From Candidatus Omnitrophota bacterium (GTDB lineage: Bacteria > Omnitrophota > Gorgyraeia > Zapsychrales > Zapsychraceae), in the NCBI GenBank assembly GCA_029261055.1, contig JAJDCA010000071.1, positions 25,778-89,777 on the forward strand: DNA of 64,000 nt, in the 5' to 3' direction. Positions 37,756 through 45,516 of this stretch are shown one piece after another; positions within the stretch are counted from its first letter, which is position 1; each line of letters opens with the position of its first letter. Both the position numbers and the translations under genes were made by a program. The notes under the pieces are model-generated. The model was given only the letters and a program-made list of their open reading frames with translations. It was not told the origin of the DNA and made no database searches.

Positions 37756-38213
37756 TTACGTTTTTCAGCTGGCGTCGCATAGTCTGTAATCAGGTTTCCA
37801 TCTAGATGGTCTGTTTCATGAAGAATAACCCTGGCCATAAGATCGTCATGTATTCTTTCTATGAGGTTATTGTGTTCATCAAGATATTGAATCCAAATTT
37901 TTTTAGCACGTTTTACGTTTATGGTGACTTCAGGAATGCTTAAACAGCCTTCTTCCTGAACGGCAGAGCCGGATTCTTTGATGATAAGGGGGTTAATAAT
38001 GGCAATAGGACCATCTCCGACATCAACGACAAAAATACGACGGTTGACACCAATTTGTGGGGCAGCTAGGCCAATACCCTGATTGTGGTTCATGGTATGG
38101 ATCATAGAATGAATGAGTATGCGTTCTCCTGGACCAATTTCGTTAACAGGTTCGGATTTTTTACGAAGGCAAGGATCGCCATAAATCCTGATTTTTAAAA
38201 GAGGAGGGTTCAT
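37707..38213 (-). CDS. def: Peptide deformylase
   Basis: GIGLAAPQIG, EGCLS and HETDHLDG motifs. Confidence 0.93.
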   Translation of the reverse strand: MNPPLLKIRIYGDPCLRKKSEPVNEIGPGERILIHSMIHTMNHNQGIGLAAPQIGVNRRIFVVDVGDGPIAIINPLIIKESGSAVQEEGCLSIPEVTINVKRAKKIWIQYLDEHNNLIERIHDDLMARVILHETDHLDGNLITDYATPAEKRKWEKKLDKMTDQETKQ

Positions 38214-38237
38214 GGATGGACGTAAGGAAAAAACCTT

Positions 38238-38600
38238 TTACTTTTTTTCCTTTGAATGTATTCGATTATTTTCGTCTAAGTGAATAATTTTGGGTTTAAA
38301 TTCGCGTGCTTCTTTTTGTTCCAAAAGGGCGTAGCTTAAAATGATGATTTGATCTCCGACAAGACCAAGACGAGCCGCTGGTCCATTGAGACAAATTATG
38401 CCGGAACCAGCTTCGCCTAAAATAGTGTAGGTGTTAAAGCGGTTGCCATTATTGACATTAAGCACTTCAACCTTTTCACCCGGAATAATATCAACAGCTT
38501 TCATCAGGTCTTCATCAATGGTAATACTACCTTCATAGAAGAGTTCTGCTTCTGTTATGCGGCCGTAAGCAATTTTAGATTTGCAAAATTCAATAAACAT
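38238..38600 (-). CDS. panD: Aspartate 1-decarboxylase
   Basis: [19 protein letters not shown] with the self-processing G-S site and an ADC fold. Confidence 0.88.
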   Translation of the reverse strand: MFIEFCKSKIAYGRITEAELFYEGSITIDEDLMKAVDIIPGEKVEVLNVNNGNRFNTYTILGEAGSGIICLNGPAARLGLVGDQIIILSYALLEQKEAREFKPKIIHLDENNRIHSKEKK

Positions 38601-38601
38601 T

Positions 38602-38922
38602 TTATAGTTGAGGATTTATTTTTTCTAAGAGTTGATCTTTAGACATAGCGCCGACAATTTGCTCTACAGCTTCGCCACCTTTGAAAATTAAAAGGGTAGG
38701 GATCGACATGACATTAAATTTTCCAGCTAGATCCTGAGCTTCGTCGACATTTATTTTAGTCACCTTAAGTTTACCATCCAATTCATTCGAAATTTCATCT
38801 ACGATAGGACTGATAGCTTTGCACGGTCCACACCATTCGGCCCAAAAATCTACCAGCACAGGTAAGTCAGACTTAATAACTTCCCCTTCAAAATTTTTAT
38901 CCGTAACATTAATTACAGCCAT
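38602..38922 (-). CDS. trxA: Thioredoxin
   Basis: WAEWCGPCK active site; 106 aa. Confidence 0.93.
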   Translation of the reverse strand: MAVINVTDKNFEGEVIKSDLPVLVDFWAEWCGPCKAISPIVDEISNELDGKLKVTKINVDEAQDLAGKFNVMSIPTLLIFKGGEAVEQIVGAMSKDQLLEKINPQL

Positions 38923-39063
38923 TGAAAACTCCTTCTTTTGAATAGATTAACATTGCATCCCGCCCCATCGAGCAGAATTCAAATTTGGGCTGTATTATAT
39001 ACATACCTTAGGGGGATAGCAAGGGGATTTTGAGGCAATGGCCAGGCAATGGCCTGGAAAAGT

Positions 39064-40413
39064 TTAAGTTTTTTCTAACAGAAACGGTAAGTGGTGGAGG
39101 AGGTAGAAGGGGATTGTAAGTAATGTGTAATTTTTGCTATTGGGTATTTTTATCGTCTCTAAGGCGCATGTATTCGCACATACGCGGATAGCCAGATGGT
39201 GTGGGCATTGGGTCATAAAGTTGTGAAGAGATTTGAGATGTCCTACTTTTCCGGATTTTACTTCAATAGGGATGACCTTATTTTGAAAAGGTAAGATAAA
39301 ATCAACTTTAGAGACGGACCCTTTCTTTTCCCGGCACCAATAGGAAAGAGACATTTGTTTAGAAAAGGATAATGATGTTAGGGCCTGGCCTACGGCTTGT
39401 TCAGCCATGCGTCCCTTGGCAAGGTTGTTGAAATCATGTGTATTAAGAATGTCACTTCGTAACCCAAGGTAATAATTCATTAGGCCGATATCCAGAAAAA
39501 GCAGTTTAGGAGACTTACGGAGTTTATTGATGATGGGCAGGTCGCTGGACGAAGAGGCATAAATACGGTTTATCAGCATTGATTTATCCAGGATATCAAA
39601 AGCTTCTTTCATTTCCCGACTACGAAATCCTGATTCTCCAAATTTTTCATAGGTTACGGTTTGTCCGGCATATTGAGGGCTGTGCTCAATAACATGCTGG
39701 ATGTATCTGGCCTTGATTTTAGTTGCGTACTTAAAGACATCGTCTTTAAATCCTGTCAGGATTGATGTATAGATTTTGTCATTGTCGATAAGGCTTTTTG
39801 TTTCGACATATTGAGCCACGGCCTCCGGCATGCCACCGACGAGTAAATATTCACCATATTTTTTTATAAGCAGGTTATGCATTTCATCGGGGATGAGGGA
39901 ATGGGGTGTGAGTTTATGGATGTATTCATGCGTGAATTCATCGTGGTTGGCGATTAAAAATTCATCGAATGTCACTGGATACATGTAAGCATATTCCACA
40001 CGTCCCACCGGAAAGGAAAAACCTTCTTTTTTCATTTTTACTTCCAGTAAAGATCCGGCTGCCATAACATGCAGGGCAGGCATATCTTCATAAAAATAGC
40101 GCAACTGCATCATAGCGGTTGCAGAATTCTGAATTTCGTCAATAAATAGAAGGGTCTGTTTAGGAATGATTTTTTTACCCATTTTTAATTCTATGAGTTG
40201 AATCAAATCAGGCATAGATAAGGTTTTTTGAAATAGGGCTAAATGGTCTTCTTTATCCAGATTTAGATAGATTAACTCTTTAAAATGTGTTTGCGCAAAC
40301 ATCTGAATAGCTACTGTCTTTCCAACTTGCCTTGCCCCACGGATAATTAAAGGCTTTCGGTGATCAGAGTTGCTCCATTTTTTGAAATAATCATGAATTT
40401 TTCGTTTGAACAT
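39064..40413 (-). CDS. AAA-family ATPase with C-terminal DUF4143 domain
   Basis: Walker A GARQVGKT, Walker B LLFIDEIQ, and a C-terminal DUF4143-like region. Confidence 0.75.
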   Translation of the reverse strand: MFKRKIHDYFKKWSNSDHRKPLIIRGARQVGKTVAIQMFAQTHFKELIYLNLDKEDHLALFQKTLSMPDLIQLIELKMGKKIIPKQTLLFIDEIQNSATAMMQLRYFYEDMPALHVMAAGSLLEVKMKKEGFSFPVGRVEYAYMYPVTFDEFLIANHDEFTHEYIHKLTPHSLIPDEMHNLLIKKYGEYLLVGGMPEAVAQYVETKSLIDNDKIYTSILTGFKDDVFKYATKIKARYIQHVIEHSPQYAGQTVTYEKFGESGFRSREMKEAFDILDKSMLINRIYASSSSDLPIINKLRKSPKLLFLDIGLMNYYLGLRSDILNTHDFNNLAKGRMAEQAVGQALTSLSFSKQMSLSYWCREKKGSVSKVDFILPFQNKVIPIEVKSGKVGHLKSLHNFMTQCPHHLAIRVCANTCALETIKIPNSKNYTLLTIPFYLLHHLPFLLEKT

Positions 40414-40667
40414 ACTAAAATTGTAACATTTTATGGGTAAATATCAATGGATATTGTATTATTTTAGGGGTAATTATTATGTGATATTGTATGAAAGAAT
40501 AAGATTGTCTTAATTCATCTAGTTTTTTAATCTTAATTTTTCAAACTGGTCGTAGTGTTTTATGTTTTCTGAATTCAGATAGATATGCTTGGTCGTATTG
40601 AGATTATATGCTTTATGAAGTTTGTATAAATATCAAGTATTTTTCAGGGGGATTTACGGAAGGAGAT

Positions 40668-41012
40668 ATGGAGCTAACGATGAGTGCACCCCTAAAGAAG
40701 GATGGGGTGGATGCTTCTAAGGCTGGAGATAACTATACTTTAGAGATACGCATAGAATCCCAGAAAAAAAATAGGGGGGAATACTCTGAGGATAACGGAG
40801 GCACGATGGGTCGGTGGGAATACAAAAGCACAACCCTTGCTAAGGATGGTGCCTTGACCCTGCATAATGCTACGCGTATTCCGAGGAAAGATGGTGTTGT
40901 CGAAGTAGAATTTTTAATTGATGAGGAAAATGCACCAAGAGATATTGTTCTTCAAACAAGAGGGCTGAATAATGCGGAGAAAAATAAAATCAAAGGAATA
41001 AAAAAAAATTGA
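40668..41012 (+). CDS. Hypothetical protein (114 aa), no recognizable domain
   Basis: The ATG at 40668 is preceded by a GGAAGGAG RBS, and the longer ORF-track start at 40608 lacks an RBS. Hydrophilic, no signal peptide. Confidence 0.5.
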   Translation: MELTMSAPLKKDGVDASKAGDNYTLEIRIESQKKNRGEYSEDNGGTMGRWEYKSTTLAKDGALTLHNATRIPRKDGVVEVEFLIDEENAPRDIVLQTRGLNNAEKNKIKGIKKN

Positions 41013-41491
41013 GGATGAGTGAAACTCTTCGAGTTCTTGTCAGAGATGAAGCCGCAATTAAAAATAGAATATACGGAATTGCGGCAAACGGTATTCCTTT
41101 TATTCGAGAGGACATCATATCAGAAGGAAATCGAGATCAAATTAAGGAAGCCATTGATCATGAGCGAAGAGAGTTAACCGCAGAAGATCACGATAATATT
41201 AGGGCTGAACAATATCAAGGTGGCTTACGAAATTTTATTACGGAACTATCGGACAAAGATAAGTCTGATTTGGTTGGTGGTATTAATTTGAATGAAATCC
41301 AAGTTGACCGACAAGGTTCTGGTGTTAATATTCATTTCGACCCAGCCACAATCCAGCCAATTCTTGATTTGGGTGTGGATGGCTATGCCCCAGTGTTTAT
41401 TAATTTTACCCCCATCACCAGCATTTTACCGCTTTTAGGGCTTGAGCCTCGCAGAAAAGAAAAAGAGTATGAGATTTTTAGTGTGAATTAA
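41009..41491 (+). CDS. Hypothetical protein (160 aa), translationally coupled to the upstream ORF
   Basis: ATGA start-stop overlap with the upstream ORF; no recognizable domain. Confidence 0.5.
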   Translation: MRMSETLRVLVRDEAAIKNRIYGIAANGIPFIREDIISEGNRDQIKEAIDHERRELTAEDHDNIRAEQYQGGLRNFITELSDKDKSDLVGGINLNEIQVDRQGSGVNIHFDPATIQPILDLGVDGYAPVFINFTPITSILPLLGLEPRRKEKEYEIFSVN

Positions 41492-41569
41492 AAGTGTAAT
41501 TCATGTAGTATCCGTTGCATTTTGCACGATTTTATACCAACTCCATTAAATGATTCCCCTTTTTACCTT

Positions 41570-41600
41570 GGTTATTCTCGTTAAAGCATCGAGAATAACC
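41570..41600 (+). terminator. Perfect 11-bp stem hairpin (GGTTATTCTCG-ttaaagcat-CGAGAATAACC), a candidate terminator
   Basis: Directly downstream of the two-gene unit. Followed by an A/T-rich tract but no clean U-run. Confidence 0.4.
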
Positions 41601-41620
41601 GAATTAATTTTGGCAATTAT

Positions 41621-41745
41621 TTAATTAAGAGATTGGCTGAACAAATTATTTAGCCAATCTCCAACGGGTTTAATTCCTCGAGGCTTGCCTCGTATTTAGG
41701 AATTCCGTTTGATACCTCGTGGGCTTGCCCCGGGGAGACTTCATT
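41621..41745. repeat. Modular intergenic palindromic element, type B copy 3 (hairpin GAGATTGGC-loop-GCCAATCTC + ccaacgggtttaattcc + CGAGGcttgCCTCG, plus a further degenerate module)
   Basis: Other copies: 13761-13820 (same orientation, truncated) and 2800-2920 (reverse orientation, with an extra module). Confidence 0.8.
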
Positions 41746-41819
41746 GGGTTTGATATTACCTTCAATTTATACAAGGCAGGATAGGGGTAGACGAAATATG
41801 CCTTTAGATACATATGTAT

Positions 41820-41848
41820 TTGACAACATAATTAAAATATGGTATATT
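41820..41848 (+). promoter_or_regulatory. Sigma-70-like promoter (TTGACA-17 nt-TATATT) in front of the higB remnant/higA
   Basis: TTGACA at 41820-41825 and TATATT at 41843-41848; ATG at 41853. Confidence 0.5.
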
Positions 41849-41852
41849 TATT

Positions 41853-42089
41853 ATGAGAGATTGGAAAGTTGAGAAACATCCATTACTTGCGGAAGAATTT
41901 GAGGACTTTTCTGAATCTGTGCAAGATGAATTATTAGCCGAAATCGTGCTATTAGAAAAATATGGACCACATTTGAAAAGACCTCATGCAGATACGCTCA
42001 AAAATTCTAAAACGGTTTTATAAGCAGTTGATCAAAAAGGCTGATAGGCGATTTGATGAGCATTTAGCCAAATTGAAGGAGAAAGAATA
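41853..42089 (+). pseudogene. Decayed HigB/RelE-family (phage Gp49-like) toxin gene
   Basis: The N-terminal 56 codons (MRDWKVEKHPLLAEEFEDFSESVQDELLAEIVLLEKYGPHLKRPHADTLKNSKTVL*) then a stop. A C-terminal tail (…KKADRRFDEHLAKLKEKE*) survives in another frame; the central ~40 codons are missing. Confidence 0.6.
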
Positions 42090-42434
42090 ATGAGCAAAGG
42101 GCCAATATTACAAAAAACTTGGGATAATTTATCTGAAGCAAGAAAAAAACGCATAATAAAAAGAGCTGCGGAACTTGAATCTGAATATTTGAGTCTGCAG
42201 GAAGTGCGGAAAGAAGCAGGTTTATCACAAGCTAGTGTTTCTAAGAAATTACATATGGATCAAGGTAATATTTCCCGTATAGAAAGAAATTCTGATATGT
42301 TGCTTTCGACATTGCAAGGGTATATTGAAGCTATTGGTGGAAAATTAAAACTAACCGTGAAACTTCCAAACAAACCGGCTATTGTTTTAACAGGGTTGGG
42401 TGATTTAATAGAATCATCGAATTCAAAAAAATAA
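42090..42434 (+). CDS. HigA-like XRE-family HTH antitoxin
   Basis: LSLQEVRKEAGLSQASVSKKLHMDQGNISRIERNSDMLLSTLQGYIEAIGGKLKL matches HigA-type antitoxins paired with Gp49-like toxins. Confidence 0.7.
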   Translation: MSKGPILQKTWDNLSEARKKRIIKRAAELESEYLSLQEVRKEAGLSQASVSKKLHMDQGNISRIERNSDMLLSTLQGYIEAIGGKLKLTVKLPNKPAIVLTGLGDLIESSNSKK

Positions 42435-42681
42435 AGTATTAATTTATAAAGACAAATGTGCTTTTCATGATCAGTATCAATTTATTCGGCATATATGAAG
42501 CTTAGTAATTTTCTAACCACCCGCCTTTGTTAAACGCTACCCGCTTCAATATTTTCTTACATAATTTTTAGCAGATTCCTACCGTTTTAATTTGGACTGA
42601 GCATAATGCGTGGAATATTTTTTGATTTACCGGGAAAAAAATAATCGTAACAGCAGTAAATTAAGGTATAATATTTTTCAA

Positions 42682-43584
42682 ATGAAAATATTTTTTACAT
42701 TTCTTTTTTTAGTAATACTTTCCCCATTTGCTTATGCTGATGGTCCTCCAATCTTTGTCATAGGCCAAGAGGTACAATCCATTCATGATTATATGGAAGC
42801 AACAAAGAGAAATGCAGATCAACCGGATGGGTTTATGGTATACACAGCCATAAACGATATTCGCGGGTTATGGGAGCCTGTGGACCAAGGTGCCGGAATT
42901 AATTATGCAGACCAATTACTTAAAGAGTACCCTAAAATATCCGTTATTCAGATTGGTCTATATATGCGCTATATGCTTAAAGAGACTCTAAATGGAAGTT
43001 TTGATAAAACTATAGATCAATTAGGAGAATGGATTAAAAAGACCGACAAACAAGTTTATTTGCGTATTGGTTATGAATTCGATAACCTAGAAAATCAATA
43101 TAACCCCGAAGATTATAAGCAGGCCTATCGGTATATTGTTGATCGTCTTCGATCTAGAGACATCAGTAATATCGATTTTGTTTGGCATACGATAGCGTGG
43201 AGGGATAAGGATTGGCCAGCATATGATCCTTTAAAATGGTATCCGGGAGATGAATATATTGATTGGGTAGGCATATCTTTTTTTGATTCTAAACAAGATA
43301 AGGAGCGGATAAAAGCGGCGGAAATTGCTCATCAAATTAATAAGCCATTAATGATTGCAGAAAGTTCTCCATTTTTTCAATATACCAATGACGAAAAATT
43401 GGAATGGATGAACAAACTCTTTGAGTATATGAAGACATATCGTGTTAATTTCTTGAGTTACATTAATGTTAATTGGGATCATTTACCGATGTTTAAAAAT
43501 CAAAAATGGGGTGATAGTCGCTTACAGATTGAGCCCGTTATAATGAGTAAATGGTTAGAAGAAATTAAGGAATTCAAGCGATAA
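42682..43584 (+). CDS. Secreted glycoside hydrolase, GH26-like (clan GH-A, beta-mannanase-type)
   Basis: Signal peptide MKIFFTFLFLVILSPFAYA; LRIGYEFDN (acid/base Glu), WYPGDEYIDWVGISFFD and KPLMIAESSP (nucleophile Glu) match GH26 signatures. Confidence 0.6.
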   Translation: MKIFFTFLFLVILSPFAYADGPPIFVIGQEVQSIHDYMEATKRNADQPDGFMVYTAINDIRGLWEPVDQGAGINYADQLLKEYPKISVIQIGLYMRYMLKETLNGSFDKTIDQLGEWIKKTDKQVYLRIGYEFDNLENQYNPEDYKQAYRYIVDRLRSRDISNIDFVWHTIAWRDKDWPAYDPLKWYPGDEYIDWVGISFFDSKQDKERIKAAEIAHQINKPLMIAESSPFFQYTNDEKLEWMNKLFEYMKTYRVNFLSYINVNWDHLPMFKNQKWGDSRLQIEPVIMSKWLEEIKEFKR

Positions 43585-43842
43585 GAAATTTCCTGACTTC
43601 GCCATTTTTTACTTCTAGGTTTTTTCATTGTACCACAGGTCAAGGACACGCTTACGCTTGCAAGTGGCCTCTTGTTCTTAGTTTTGTCGGCCATCCTTGA
43701 TTTGTCTGTGGTCTTACGGAATTATTACAACAGGACTGTTTGGGATATGAAATTCAGATTGATGAAGGAGGATTTATCGATTATTTGGTCGGAAGTTTGG
43801 CTGTAATACATCAGGTGACGGGGTACTCGGTATGGTCACTGA

Positions 43843-44214
43843 TTAAGTCAATCGATGCCAATGTTTCCAGATAAATAGTCCGATGAGCACAGGTACTACG
43901 AACAGTGTGACTAGCACAGCAGGCTGTGTGTAAAGAACTAATATTTCGTCGTTTGGAGGAATGAGAAAAAAGCTTGCGGTGCCAACTGTGAACCCTCCAA
44001 AATATAGATAGACGGCCCATCTACGTAGGCGAAGGAAGCCGATGCCTGCGACAACCGCTAGGGTCTTCAATAGGCCGTTCCAGATTCCTCGCGTAAATCC
44101 GAAGTCGCTTCCACTTATGATAATCTTCAAGACAAACACTAAACCTCCAAGTATCAAGAACCAACCAAGAATCTGTAGCGGTAGCGGGGATTTTTCATTA
44201 ACTTCATTGCTCAT
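43843..44214 (-). CDS. Small membrane protein (3-4 TM), unknown
   Basis: 123 aa, hydrophobic. Confidence 0.4.
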   Translation of the reverse strand: MSNEVNEKSPLPLQILGWFLILGGLVFVLKIIISGSDFGFTRGIWNGLLKTLAVVAGIGFLRLRRWAVYLYFGGFTVGTASFFLIPPNDEILVLYTQPAVLVTLFVVPVLIGLFIWKHWHRLT

Positions 44215-44556
44215 ACCTCAGACTCCATCGTGACCAAAAATTAATACATGAAAGTTTATTTTTCCGGGGGAAGGGAAATGATACTTAATAAAAGTATAAA
44301 GTATTTTCTAAGAAAATTCTATATTTTCCGATTTTTTAGTCAGGATTGAGAATTACTTAATTTATTACGTAATTCTTTTAAAAGTATCATTTTTGACATT
44401 GATATGAAAAGTTTGTCGAGGAGCTCTTTGTACAAATATCCAGGCTCCGCGGAGCCTAGATATTTGTACAAAACTAGTTAGTGCTTCGACTAGATTGAAA
44501 TTATCTGTTGCTAATTTCAATTTCGCTCAGCACACGCTCCGATTCATGTGAAGATA

Positions 44557-45516
44557 TTAGAACATTTGTGGGTTGATGATGGTGTTTTGGTAGGGGGTTG
44601 GGGCTTTGGCTTTGTTGATGGCTGAGCCTTTTAAGAGCATTTGCGTGGCGGCGGTTTCTTGGTTCATGGCTTTGAGGGACAGGCTTAAATAATAGTAGGT
44701 GTCTGAATATTCAGGATTTTCCTTGAGGGCTTTATCGAAATAAAAAATGGCTTGGCCGTATTGTTTGAGTTCGTAGGCGGCTAAGCCGGCAAAATAGTAA
44801 AAGAAGTCTAATTCATCGATTTTTAAATAGATGGCATAGTTAGTGATATTGAGGAGTTCTTTGTAGTTTTTTAAGTGTAAGTTGCTGAGGACTAATAATT
44901 TGTAACAGTTTTGTGTGCCAGTGCCCAGATGGGTGGACATTGTTTTTCCCAGTCCGGATAATCCTACAAATAATCTGCGATAAATTTCTGAAGTACTGAG
45001 TAATGTGAGGGTATGTGTGAGGTTTGTGGTCAGGGCTTTGTTAAGAGGTTCAATGGCATCGGCATACCGGCCATCCTTAAAGTTAATCACCCCAAGATTG
45101 TAATAAAACCAGAAAAATTGAGGGTGCAATTCTGTGGCTTTTTGGAAGTATTCAATGGCTTTGTTTTGATCGTCGGCATGATAATACGCGAATCCCAACA
45201 TGCCATGAGCTGTTGGATTTTGAGGAAAAAATTCTGTAATTTTTTTGTAATAGGTAATGTTTCTTTGCAATTCTGCTTTATTAAAGGGGCCTTGATTTTC
45301 TTCGTATTTTACGAAATAGGATAGATCGGGTTTAAGATCGTTCAATGCTTTGAGCATATTTTTATCCTGGACTTTTGTGTAATCAATCACATGGCCGAGA
45401 AGAAAATAGATCAATACATACATTAAAGCGAGACGCTTGCAAAGCCAAACTACGGAGTGCAGGATAATTTTTAGCACGGATCGGTCGCCGGTTCTATTTG
45501 TTTTTGTTTCATCCAT
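44557..45516 (-). CDS. TPR-repeat protein with N-terminal membrane anchor
   Basis: TM helix VLKIILHSVVWLC... followed by several TPR-like units (AHGMLGFAYY..., AIEYFQKATEL..., YYNLGVINFKDGRYADAIE...). Confidence 0.65.
   Translation of the reverse strand: MDETKTNRTGDRSVLKIILHSVVWLCKRLALMYVLIYFLLGHVIDYTKVQDKNMLKALNDLKPDLSYFVKYEENQGPFNKAELQRNITYYKKITEFFPQNPTAHGMLGFAYYHADDQNKAIEYFQKATELHPQFFWFYYNLGVINFKDGRYADAIEPLNKALTTNLTHTLTLLSTSEIYRRLFVGLSGLGKTMSTHLGTGTQNCYKLLVLSNLHLKNYKELLNITNYAIYLKIDELDFFYYFAGLAAYELKQYGQAIFYFDKALKENPEYSDTYYYLSLSLKAMNQETAATQMLLKGSAINKAKAPTPYQNTIINPQMF

Noticed and set aside
43585-43842. Possible tRNA or small RNA in the 258-bp gap after the GH26-like gene
   Set aside because: No T-loop (GTTCGAATC-like) or acceptor/D-arm pattern could be found here or in any other intergenic gap. 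I see no tRNA, rRNA, tmRNA or RNase P signatures anywhere in the window.
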